Assembly (NCBI GenBank): GCA_963668645.2
Contig: CAXXWC010000021.1
Location: forward strand, 384,001-448,000
Source of the DNA: Desulfobacterales bacterium
GTDB taxonomy: Bacteria > Desulfobacterota > Desulfobacteria > Desulfobacterales > UBA2174
Length of the DNA: 64,000 nt
Direction of reading: 5' to 3'
Positions 30,546-40,145 of this stretch are shown here, piece by piece. Numbering within the stretch: position 1 is the stretch's first letter; the number at the start of each line of letters is the position of its first letter. The position numbers and the translations under genes were made by a program. Under the pieces are notes generated by a model. The model saw nothing but the letters and a program-made list of their open reading frames with translations. It was not told the DNA's origin and made no database searches.

Positions 30546-32467
30546 CATGGTGATTTCGTGCTGATTCGATAAGCCATTAAACTCCAAGTGGTTATCAAAA
30601 CATCTGGACAACCCCTTGATATTCAGTTATATAGCTCCCCGGCAGGTCATCTTTCGTTAATGGGGGGCGATGTGTTGTATCTCAAACAAGTCGTTGTTCG
30701 GTTAGTTCGCCGGAATCAAGATCAGCGCTTCCAGAGCTTGATGCACCGGCATCATTACTTGGGCGCCTTGCCCAAAATCGGTGAAACCCTGCGATATGCG
30801 GCCTGTATCGGTGATCAATGGGTCGGCTTGGTCAGCTTTTCCGCTCCCGCCCTCAAATGTGCTGCTCGCGATCAGTGGATCGGTTGGCCCTTTAACCATC
30901 AGTTCGATCGGCTCAATTTGTTGACCAACAACAGCCGTTTTCTGATCCTGCCCGACTGGCATCTGCCAAACATGGCCTCGCGCATCCTGGCCTTGTGCCG
31001 AAAAAGACTGCCCGCCGACTGGCAAGCCGCTTTCGGACATCCCGTGCTGTTGCTCGAAACCTTCGTCGATCCCGCGCGCTTCAAGGGAACCATCTATAAA
31101 GCCGACAACTGGACTGCGGTCGGAAACTCCAAAGGTTTTCATCGGCACGCCAAAGGATACAGCGACACGGCCGACTCACCCAAAATGGTTTTTGTCAAAC
31201 CGTTGCGCCCCGATGCGCAAACCCTCTTGTCACAGACCATGCTGCCACCGCTTTATCAAACAGGAGATCCTAAAATCATGCTGCCGGCTCAACACATGCA
31301 ATCTTTGCCCCGATTTTTCGCCGACATCCCCGATCCGCGACGTCCCCAAGGCCGACGCCATCGTCTGGCAACCGTTTTGGCCATCGCCGCCGCAGCAACC
31401 CTGTGTGGCATGCGCGGCTACCAGGCCATCTCCGATTGGGCCAACAGCCTCGGACAAAAAGCACGCCGGCGCTTCCAATGCCGCTACCGAAACGGCCACT
31501 ACAGCGTGCCGAGTCTGTCGATCATCCGCGATGTGCTCATCCGGGTCGATCCGGCACGCCTCGACGACGCCCTGCAAAAATGGAACAGCATCCACGCCGG
31601 CTGCGACCAATGCCTGGCCATCGATGGCAAAACCATGTGCAACGCCATTGACGATCAAGGCTATCAGACCCACATCATGAGCGTTGTCGGCCATACCACC
31701 AGTGCCTGCTACACCCAAAAAAAGTCGGCAACCTGGCCGTAGACGACCAAAAGGTCAAGCGCACCAACGAAATCAAGACCGCCCAGCCCCTGCTCGATGC
31801 CATCAAGATCGAAAACAAAGACATCACCGCCGATGCCCTGCTGACACAGAGAAAGTTCGCCGAATACATCGTCGAGCAGCGCGGCGCCCACTACCACTTC
31901 ACCGTCAAAAACAACCAGCCCGGACTGTTCGACGACATCGGTCTGTACTTCAAAGACCGCGGCCAACCCGATTTCATCCTTTGCGACCCGCCCGACCACG
32001 GCCGCATCGAAGAGCGCAAGATCTGGACCACCACCGAACTCAACGAGTTTCTCGACTTTCCTCACGTCCAACAAGCTTTTGTCATCGAACGCCGATGCAC
32101 GGACAAAAAAAGCGGCAAACAATCATTTGAGATTGCTTACGGTATCACCAGTAGACCTGCCGAGCAGGCCGACGCCCGATGCCTGCTGGCCATAAACCGC
32201 GGCCATTGGTGCATCGAAAACAAATGCCATTACATCATCGACTGGAACTTCGACGAAGACCGCAGCCGTATCCGCAAAGGCCACGGGCCTGAAAATATCA
32301 CCCGGTTGCGCCGCTTTGCCGTAAGCGCAATTAAATCCAAAGGTGTGCGCAGCGTGGCGCAAAAAATGCGCCAACTGGCTCGCAACGTCCGCTTGGTCTT
32401 CGACTATCTGGCCATGACTGACAACTGCCGGCCGACCGCAACACGGGCATAGAACAAATTCACCGTG
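30546..32467 (+). mobile_element. ISAs1-family element with DUF4338 fusion
   Basis: IRs CATGGTGATTTCGTGCT / AGAACAAATTCACCGTG; 10-bp TSD GCGCCATATC at 30536-30545 and 32468-32477. Confidence 0.9.
30660..32452 (+). CDS. DUF4338 (DruA-like) fused to ISAs1 transposase, with -1 frameshift at 31718-31724
   Basis: HHYLG, NNSRFLILP, LLETFVDP; IPDPRRPQGRRH, AIDGKT; -1 frame gives TNEI, ITADAL, VKNNQP, HWCIEN, FDED. Confidence 0.85.
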
Positions 32468-33021
32468 GCGCCATATCATGGATACGTTGACATTGGGGTC
32501 ATTTTCGATTACGTTGATCAACTTTTTGGTGCTTCGAATACGAGTTTGTCTGCCCTTCCCAGAATTGCTTCTATCATGAAAACCAGGGTCCTTAGTAATA
32601 TAGCCTTGTTTTTCAAGATGCTCTATCACAGCTCTCATCGCACGGTAACTATGCCAATTAGGCGAATAGCGTAATTTGCTTTGATAGGTTTTACTGTTAA
32701 GAGATAAATGCAGATACATTGTTGAGTCGCATTTATAGGCCACGTACAGGTCAAAAATGACAGCCCGAAGAGTTTTCTCAAGCGGAAAGGCGTTTTTCCT
32801 GTTTTCAAGTCCAGCGGTACGCATTTCAGCAAGTATGCTTGAAAGGGCCGATAATACTTCAAGCGCCGAACTATCACGCCTCAAGTCCAATGCTCTTGAG
32901 TTATCCAATTCTGTTGCTCGCTGTACGTCCTTTGGGATTGGTGGCATATTGGTTGTGCTCCTACGAGAAAATTAATTAGTGCCTATCGATTCCGAAAAGC
33001 AGATAACTCCACCCGAGACGG

Positions 33022-33615
33022 TCACAGCACGTTTTCATACACTCCCCGTATCTCATCGGGCTGGATGCAAAGATAGTCCAGCGTTTGACGCTGGGTACTG
33101 TGATTGAAGCAAACCATTAGCGTGGGAATGTCCGTTCCGAAGGTGACCCGCTGATGGTAACCCCAAGTCTTCCGCAGGGTATGGCTTCCGAAATTGCCCT
33201 GAAGGTTGATAGCCCGGCACCAGCTTTTGACCAAGCGATTGATCGAGGGGACCGTCAACGGCCCTCTCTGCCCTTTGAAGAGACTGTCCTTGTCCTGGTA
33301 TGGCCTTGAGTCTAAAAGGGCCGTTATGGCGTCCGTGCAGGCTTTGTTAAGGGTAATCCGCCGCAGCTTGCCGGTCTTCTTTTCCTTCATTTCCAATTCA
33401 TCCCCAGCACTCAACCCCCGAACCATGCCCGCAGTAATCCGAAGCAGGTCACTTGCCCGCAGGTTCGTGTTGATTCCCACGGTGAACAGGGCCAAGTCCC
33501 TGGGATTGTCGGCCAGCATTTTCTTGATAGCCACAATGTCCTTCTTGGACTTGATCGGATCTACCTTAATTGTGCTGCCCGTCTTCGGCCTGTTGTCGTT
33601 GTGTCCCTTCCTCAT
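33022..33615 (-). CDS. Small tyrosine recombinase (catalytic domain only, resolvase-like)
   Basis: NLRASDL, EKKTGK, SHTLRKTWGY, FNHS, TLDYL. Confidence 0.92.
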   Translation of the reverse strand: MRKGHNDNRPKTGSTIKVDPIKSKKDIVAIKKMLADNPRDLALFTVGINTNLRASDLLRITAGMVRGLSAGDELEMKEKKTGKLRRITLNKACTDAITALLDSRPYQDKDSLFKGQRGPLTVPSINRLVKSWCRAINLQGNFGSHTLRKTWGYHQRVTFGTDIPTLMVCFNHSTQRQTLDYLCIQPDEIRGVYENVL

Positions 33616-33784
33616 AGAATTGCCCCTTTCAGCAATGGTTGTTTTATGGCAGAATGATCAAAACTTAACATGCTGTCAAGCAGAAAAATGCAAGGCAAGG
33701 GGCAAAACCACCTTAACTCCCGACCCTAACAGGGTATTTGATCAATCGTGACTGGTTAAGAAATAGGCATAAGTTAACGAGGCG

Positions 33785-34054
33785 ATGGAAGCTGTTGACA
33801 GCCAAACGGCCTTGGCGCTACCAGTCATTCGGGAGGATGGAACAATGGAACAGAAAGAAGATCCCCGGTTGACGTTCGAAGACGTTTTGAAGCTGCTCGG
33901 AGTCGAAGAGCTGCCCTTTCCGGTGACACCGGCCCTCAAGGGGCTGGCTATTCGGGGGATGCAGGACATGCTGAAGAGGAACGGCGAGGACTGGGTGAAG
34001 CGGAACCGGCGGATGCTGATAGACAGCCTGGAACACGTGGCAACCCTCATGTAA
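33785..34054 (+). CDS. Hypothetical protein (89 aa)
   Basis: RBS GAGG; divergent from the recombinase. Confidence 0.6.
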   Translation: MEAVDSQTALALPVIREDGTMEQKEDPRLTFEDVLKLLGVEELPFPVTPALKGLAIRGMQDMLKRNGEDWVKRNRRMLIDSLEHVATLM

Positions 34055-34282
34055 TCCCCCTGGGGGGGGGCTTCCTGTCACAAGAAAAAGTCTATTTGGC
34101 CCCCGGCCTATCCAGTATTAGGGGGTGGTACCCGCGCAACGGGGCTAAAATCCAGGTTGACAAGGCGCCTTATTTTTTTATATTTTTTTAATGCAAAAAT
34201 CAGATTTTAGTTAACATAAAACATCGGAGGACCGATGGACTGCGACCAAGAAGCCCCTTCTATCTGAAAAGGAGATAATTGG

Positions 34283-35203
34283 ATGGAGCCATGTCCGTTC
34301 TGCAAGGAGAATATTCAATGCAGTGGTTTGGGAACAAGAGACACTTATTCAGTAGATTGTCCTCGTTGCGGAAATTATCTTCTCACAAGAAAAGCATTGA
34401 TTAATTTGAATAGCACACCTCTTAGTAACAGACAAAGAGCAAATATTTCTGGTTGGCTATCCGAAAATCAGTCTTGGAAAATTACGACAGAGAACATAGA
34501 TTGGTTTAGTGAAATTCCTACTCCAAGCTTTCATGAAAGATCCAACAAAATATTACTTGGATTAGAACGTAAAACAGAATTTGCTGGTCAATATGCCCAG
34601 CGCGATATTTCATGGATTAGCATTGGATGGTGTATCAATGAAAATGAACTTAATGAACTTCTTGAATATTTAGAATCAGGGAAATATATTCAAAAATGGA
34701 CACAAGTGGTTACCGATATGGGCTTTTCTTTTTCTTATAAAATATTGCCAAATGGGTGGGCTAAATTAGATGACCTAAAACGGATAGGTGCTGACAGCAA
34801 TCAATGTTTTGTTGCTATGTGGTTCGATGACAAAATGCAATCTATTTATGACCAAACGATTGCAAGAGCTATATTGGATGCGGGTTATAAGCCACACAGG
34901 GTAGATCAAAGAGAATACAACGATAAGATTGATGATGAAATAATCGCTCAGATTAGGCGCAGTCGTTTTATAGTGGCTGATTTTACAGGGCAAAGAGGAG
35001 GTGTATATTATGAGGCGGGTTTTGCAAAAGGTCTTGGTTTGGAGGTAATATGGACTTGTATAAAAGATGAAGAGAAAAAGTTGCATTTTGATATACGACA
35101 ATATAATTGCATTTTTTGGGAGAAAGATAAACTTCCAGATTTTCAAACGAGGCTTCAGAACCGCATAGAACGGGTTTTTGGTCAGGGTACTTATACCCAA
35201 TAG
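34283..35203 (+). CDS. Zn-ribbon, putative wHTH and nucleoside deoxyribosyltransferase/TIR-like domain protein
   Basis: CPFC...CPRC; C-terminal CFVAMWF, IVADFTGQRGGVYYEAGFAKGLG, HFDIRQYN; RBS AGGAG. Confidence 0.8.
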   Translation: MEPCPFCKENIQCSGLGTRDTYSVDCPRCGNYLLTRKALINLNSTPLSNRQRANISGWLSENQSWKITTENIDWFSEIPTPSFHERSNKILLGLERKTEFAGQYAQRDISWISIGWCINENELNELLEYLESGKYIQKWTQVVTDMGFSFSYKILPNGWAKLDDLKRIGADSNQCFVAMWFDDKMQSIYDQTIARAILDAGYKPHRVDQREYNDKIDDEIIAQIRRSRFIVADFTGQRGGVYYEAGFAKGLGLEVIWTCIKDEEKKLHFDIRQYNCIFWEKDKLPDFQTRLQNRIERVFGQGTYTQ

Positions 35204-35272
35204 TCGGAAACTGTGCATTAAACTATGTGTTGAACAATATTTCACACAAAGTGATATAACAGAAAGGATCAA

Positions 35273-35551
35273 ATGCAAAAATCGCTAAAATCCATTACCT
35301 TCATGTTGCTTCTGCTTTTTATACCTGCTTGCCTTTTTGCTCAAGAATATACTGCAAAAGTAGTCGGTGTGTCCGATGGTGACACAATTACAGCTTTAAA
35401 AAATGGTTCTGAGCAAATCAAAATTAGACTCGCCGAAATTGATTGCCCTAAAAGGGGACAAGACTTTTCAAATGTTGCAAAGAAATTTGTATCGGATTTA
35501 TCATTCGGAAAAGAGGTTAGGATTATTCCATCTATCACAGTAAGGATATAA
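35273..35551 (+). pseudogene. Truncated secreted thermonuclease (SNase)
   Basis: VVGVSDGDTI, KIRLAEIDCP; ends before the D-YGR-L region. Confidence 0.8.
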
Positions 35552-35689
35552 GGGGGCCTAATGTCAACTGATGCCAGTCTTATCTCATACGTTCAACGAG
35601 CTATCAATTCGGGTACAACAAAAATTGTTCTGCCTTTATTCCTTAACAATCTTAAAGGCAAACTCTTCTAAACCCACTTTGGAATAAAT

Positions 35690-36763
35690 ATGAAACGTCA
35701 TATGACAGACGAAAATCAATTGAAGCTTCTTAGAATGTTTGATGAATTTTCTCGTACTGAAGGATTGTCTCTAAAGGAAGAATCAACTCACAAAAAGTTC
35801 GCTACTCGTGTGTTGCAAACTATTAAACGACATGGAGAAACGCCAACATTAATTTACGGCTTCCGCATAGAATCCATGTTCGCATACATAGCTGCCGCTC
35901 TTGGAGAATCGAGAATTTTAACTGAAGAAGATTCTGGGGAATTTTTTAGCCTGGATGAAAACATTAGACGCCCTGATTTTAGATTGATTACAAAATCAGG
36001 AGAAGAATATCTAATTGAAGTTAAGAATTTTCATCCTAAAGATCCTCTTAGCCTATATAAATTAAAATCAAAATATTTAAATAGTCTTTCAAATTATGCA
36101 GATCTTTCTAAAGTTCCATTGAAAATAGCTCTGTATTGGTCAAGATGGAAATTGTGGACACTAATCGACTCGAAGTATTTTAATCGATATAAATCAGATT
36201 TTTGCATCTCTATTTCGGATGCCCTGGTCCGAAATGAAATGTCAAAAATTGGTGATTGCATGATAGGAACCATTCCGCCCCTATCCTGTCGTGTATATGC
36301 TGACCCAGAAAAACCACGGAATTTGAATCCGAATGGGAAAGTACATTTTATAATAAAAAAAGCATCAATTTATTCAAATGGGGCAGAAATAACTGACAAA
36401 TTCGAGAAAAAATTAGCTTGGTTTTTATTTTTACACGGTAAATGGGATGAGGTGAAAGAAAATTCACATATGGATAATAACTTGCTTGATTATACTGAAT
36501 TATCTGTTTCGCCAAAGCAGTGGGATAAGAATCAAGGTTTCGCAATGGTTGGTTTTTTAAGTGAAATGATTAGTTCCCAGTATAATCTCCTTACATCATC
36601 GGAAGGAAAAATCCATATGCTATCACCAAATTTACAGCCAACCGAAATGGGGATATTGATTCCAGAGAATCATAAATGTGGTGTTTTAAAATTATGGAGA
36701 TTTTCAGTTCAGCCAAACTACAATGATATAAAAGAAAGAGAGGCTAAAATCCTACCAGATTAG
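35690..36763 (+). CDS. PD-(D/E)XK nuclease-family protein
   Basis: E...RPDFRL...YLIEVKN catalytic pattern; AT-rich. Confidence 0.72.
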   Translation: MKRHMTDENQLKLLRMFDEFSRTEGLSLKEESTHKKFATRVLQTIKRHGETPTLIYGFRIESMFAYIAAALGESRILTEEDSGEFFSLDENIRRPDFRLITKSGEEYLIEVKNFHPKDPLSLYKLKSKYLNSLSNYADLSKVPLKIALYWSRWKLWTLIDSKYFNRYKSDFCISISDALVRNEMSKIGDCMIGTIPPLSCRVYADPEKPRNLNPNGKVHFIIKKASIYSNGAEITDKFEKKLAWFLFLHGKWDEVKENSHMDNNLLDYTELSVSPKQWDKNQGFAMVGFLSEMISSQYNLLTSSEGKIHMLSPNLQPTEMGILIPENHKCGVLKLWRFSVQPNYNDIKEREAKILPD

Positions 36764-37036
36764 GCTTGTTTTTACTCTTTTACTCTTACAGTATACAAGT
36801 GGAAACATTATCTTTTAAAAGATGATACAAAGATACTCTATGCCTAAGGTAAAAGAAATAAAGGACAACAAGTCTATGACCGAGCAATCGAAGCAGGAAA
36901 CGCTCACTGAAGCGGACAAGGATTGACCGGATAGTCCCCAGCTACTGCTAAAACGGCCTGCTACGCGAAAAGTAATCCGGCTTGCGGTGGATAGCCTTGC
37001 CAATTTCACGTAGCGGTCCAAAATGAAAACCTTCGT

Positions 37037-38860
37037 TTATTTGGGCACTACCCAGCGACTATTCCGAAGGTGCGAAAGATCAAGGTCATACTTCAGTTTG
37101 AGAATACCTTCATTGTAAAGGGCAGGAATACCGTATGGCTTCCCGTAACGACTAAGACTTTCCCCCTGAAGTACATGCCCCGTTAGTTCATCAATCAATT
37201 CGCCGCTTATCAATTGTTGTTTTAGATTATCTGAAAATGTGTGTCTGAATGAGTGAAAAGACTTTTTTCGATCCGATATTCCATATCTTTCCTTATATCT
37301 CTTAAACCACTTTCCAATCGAATGCCCCCATCTGTCGCTGACGTAACTAAGTTCATGCCAAATTCTTTCATGGCCTTCTGAACGGATCTTTTCCACAAAC
37401 CCGGGAAAGTTAAGTTCATCCACGATAAAAGGATGCAGTGGAATTGATCGGTATCCCGAAGCTGTCTTGATTCGTTTGCCGTCGTCGTCTTCCGATGCTG
37501 TTATGTCAAGGAACCATATTTCATCATCTGTCTTCTTTAGATCTTCCACCAGAAGCTGGCATAGTTCTTCGAGTCTGGCGCCAGTATACAGGGCAAGAAT
37601 AGGCACCCAAAAATTTGATGCCTTAATGTGCTTGTCTTTCGTGTATTCTTTCGAATTGAAAAGAGCAAACAAATCTTCAGGTGAAAAAATATCTCGTACT
37701 GTAGACGCGGGTGGTTTCTTTACATTGATGGTTAACCTTACAGCAGGGTTTTCTTTAATATGATCCATCGAAACACAAAAATTCAGTAACGTGCTAAGAA
37801 ACGATATGTATTTATTCGTGTTCCCAATTGATATTGTCTCCTTGTACTTTCCCTGGACAATTTCCGAAAGACCTATGCCAGCATATTTTGGCTTTTTTCT
37901 CATGGCGTCTTGAAAATAATCCTTGGGCAATTTTAGGAGTGTCTCTCGTAATTCAATACAAATCTTCTTATTCAATAAATGGATAGACAATGGTGTACTA
38001 TTTGTAATTAAAGACAACAACCTTGATACATTCTTCAATACACTTTGATATTCCGTTATCGCTCTTGGTGCTGAATTACGTCGTGTGCAGTCGGAAAGAT
38101 ACTCTTCAATAACCTCATCCAAAAATGGGCCTTGATCTTTTGGCTCAGTTTTCGCCTCTGGAATTTGATAAACTTGAGTCTCTTGGAATTGTAGCCTTTG
38201 AAGCTTTCTGAAAAATTCAACCGAACCGGGTTCGGTCCCAAAAAAGTAATCCTCGTTGCCGCGGGAATAGTCCCCGTTGGCTCTGTCAATTTCACATTCA
38301 AAGAATATGACCAGTTGTTTTAGAAGTTCTCTCTGCAATTTGCGATAGGTGGGAGAACCTTCAATCGGGGGGATTGTAAATATACTTTTCACCTTGGAAA
38401 ACCAACCTATCAGTACTGATATGGAATGATAATCACAACGGGCAAGTTGATCTTTCGCCCGGTCACGTTGTTCGGCTAATCTTATTTTCTTTTTTTCAAG
38501 TTCAGCAGGAGACAAGGGCTTTTCAGCGTTCACCTTATCTTCTTCGGCAGTATCAAGAAAACGAAGCATCATTTTTTTCGCGGCGCACTGAATCTCCTCA
38601 TCTGTCATAGAGTCGGTATACAGCCCAAAGCCTACTTCGGTCATCTCCTCATGCCCCCTCATTTTTCGGAATAGTTCCTGATACTCTCCTGCCAGCAACC
38701 GGGCTTTGGACTTGGCCAGTCCGATTCGGCCCGTCTTCAGGGACCGACGAATTTCCTTTTTACCGATTGCTAACTGAAGGTCAAGGGGAACACGCAACCT
38801 GAAGCACCAAGAGTAATTATTACGGATAAGATAATGGGGGCCGCCGTGAGGGTGGGCCAT
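37037..38860 (-). CDS. Island tyrosine integrase with DUF6538-like N-terminus
   Basis: FRLRVPLDL...EIRRSLKT; YTGARLEELCQL, IKT, FHSFRHTF, LTGH, RYGK. Confidence 0.93.
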   Translation of the reverse strand: MAHPHGGPHYLIRNNYSWCFRLRVPLDLQLAIGKKEIRRSLKTGRIGLAKSKARLLAGEYQELFRKMRGHEEMTEVGFGLYTDSMTDEEIQCAAKKMMLRFLDTAEEDKVNAEKPLSPAELEKKKIRLAEQRDRAKDQLARCDYHSISVLIGWFSKVKSIFTIPPIEGSPTYRKLQRELLKQLVIFFECEIDRANGDYSRGNEDYFFGTEPGSVEFFRKLQRLQFQETQVYQIPEAKTEPKDQGPFLDEVIEEYLSDCTRRNSAPRAITEYQSVLKNVSRLLSLITNSTPLSIHLLNKKICIELRETLLKLPKDYFQDAMRKKPKYAGIGLSEIVQGKYKETISIGNTNKYISFLSTLLNFCVSMDHIKENPAVRLTINVKKPPASTVRDIFSPEDLFALFNSKEYTKDKHIKASNFWVPILALYTGARLEELCQLLVEDLKKTDDEIWFLDITASEDDDGKRIKTASGYRSIPLHPFIVDELNFPGFVEKIRSEGHERIWHELSYVSDRWGHSIGKWFKRYKERYGISDRKKSFHSFRHTFSDNLKQQLISGELIDELTGHVLQGESLSRYGKPYGIPALYNEGILKLKYDLDLSHLRNSRWVVPK

Positions 38861-38944
38861 CGTCAGGCCCCCTCTGCGATCAAATGTGTGTAAGGCTTGT
38901 GTGTAAGTGGGTGACCCGGGGAAAATTCAGGACTTTTGCTGAAA

Positions 38945-38982
38945 AAACAAAAGCCTACCCCTCTTCGAGGTAGGCTTGTTTT
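38945..38982 (-). terminator. Intrinsic terminator downstream of tRNA-Leu, carried by the island
   Basis: aagcctacc / ggtaggctt stem followed by a U-rich tail on the minus strand. Confidence 0.8.
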
Positions 38983-38986
38983 CGTT

Positions 38987-39073
38987 TGGTGCCGAAGGGG
39001 AGACTCGAACTCCCACTACCGTACGGTAACTAGACCCTGAACCTAGCGCGTCTACCAGTTCCGCCACTTCGGC
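38987..39073 (-). tRNA. tRNA-Leu(CAG)
   Basis: GCCGAAGTGGCGGAACTGGTAGACGCG CTAGG-TTCAGGG-TCTAG, long variable arm, GTTCGAGTC, CCA end. Confidence 0.97.
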
Positions 39074-39196
39074 ACTTTCGGGTTTCTCTGCGCCGATAAA
39101 AAGCATTGATTTCGTGCAGAGGGTGCTTTATTTAGATTGTTTTACGTTGGCTGTCAAGAAAATTCATGGGGCAAGAAATTTTTTGTGAATTCAAAG

Positions 39197-40141
39197 ATGC
39201 AGATTATAGAAGATCTTGAAAAAATAGACAAACCTTTCCATAACGCCGTCATGACGATCGGCAACTTCGACGGCGTACACATCGGCCACCAGGCCCTCTT
39301 TCACGAAGTGATCGAGCGCGCCGATGCCCTTGGCGGCACATCGCTGGCCATGACCTTCAACCCTCACCCCCTGCGCGTAGTCAAACCCAATGGCCATCCC
39401 CCCCTGATCACGATTTACCAGCAGAAGGTGGAGCTGATCGCCAGCGCCGGCATCGACGTGTTCATCGGCGTGCCTTTCACCCGTGAATTCGCCGCCATCC
39501 CGGCACGCAGCTTCATCACCGACCTGCTGGTGCGCCGCATCGGCATGCGGGCCATCGTGGTGGGCCAGGATTACACCTTCGGGCGCAATCGGGAAGGCAA
39601 CATCGACCTGCTGCGGGAAATGAGCGGCCCGCTGGGCTACGAGGTGGTGGTGGCCGACTGGATCCGCAGCCCCGGCGCAACCATTGACCGCATCTCATCG
39701 ACCCGGATCCGCGAACTGGTCCAGGTCGGGCAGATGGGCAAGGCCGAAAAGATGCTCGGGCGCCATTATCAGATCCGCGGAACGGTGGAGGTCGGCAGGC
39801 GGCGCGGCGCGGCCCTGCTCGGGTTTCCCACTGCCAACATCACCCTCCAGGACGAACTTTGCCCCGCCACCGGCGTCTATGCGGTTACCGTCGAGCTTGC
39901 CGGGGAGCTTTTCCCGGCCGTGGCCAACATCGGTTTCAGCCCCACTTTCGACGACCATGTCTTTACGGTGGAAGTTCACCTTCTCGATTTCAACCGCGAT
40001 ATTTACGGCCAAGCCATCCGGGTGAACTTCATCGAGCGCATCCGCGACGAAATCCGCTTTGCCAGCCTCAAGGACCTGTCCGATCAGATCCAGCGCGATG
40101 TCGAGACCGGCCGCAGGATCCTGGCCGCGGCGATCCCCTGA
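39197..40141 (+). CDS. ribF: Riboflavin kinase/FAD synthetase
   Basis: IGNFDGVHIGHQ, ISSTRIR, GFPTAN, VEVHLLDF. Confidence 0.97.
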   Translation: MQIIEDLEKIDKPFHNAVMTIGNFDGVHIGHQALFHEVIERADALGGTSLAMTFNPHPLRVVKPNGHPPLITIYQQKVELIASAGIDVFIGVPFTREFAAIPARSFITDLLVRRIGMRAIVVGQDYTFGRNREGNIDLLREMSGPLGYEVVVADWIRSPGATIDRISSTRIRELVQVGQMGKAEKMLGRHYQIRGTVEVGRRRGAALLGFPTANITLQDELCPATGVYAVTVELAGELFPAVANIGFSPTFDDHVFTVEVHLLDFNRDIYGQAIRVNFIERIRDEIRFASLKDLSDQIQRDVETGRRILAAAIP

Positions 40142-40145
40142 ACCG

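Larger units (their letters stand above)
26707..32947 (-). pseudogene. Family-A/T7-like (TV-Pol-type) polymerase, 518 aa when rejoined, interrupted by two IS
   Basis: Pieces 32947-32468, 30535-29582 and 26829-26707 join in frame; motifs GGRFYGGWWQ, ECDYSGLH (A), RDFVKR (B), LPIHDSF (C); RBS AGGAG. Confidence 0.85.
23103..39008. mobile_element. Integrative genomic island in tRNA-Leu(CAG)
   Basis: 22-bp att repeats, integrase beside the tRNA, AT-rich cargo. Confidence 0.93.

Noticed and set aside
29513..30598. 361-aa ORF (and the 274-aa ORF 32123-32947) as stand-alone genes
   Set aside because: Their termini read into IS ends; they are pieces of one interrupted polymerase gene
30588..31742. 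Druantia defence system
   Set aside because: The DUF4338-like domain lies within IS ends, fused to a transposase; no DruE-like helicase or other dru genes are present
23103..39008. Prophage or ICE
   Set aside because: No structural, lysis, terminase, relaxase or T4SS genes recognised
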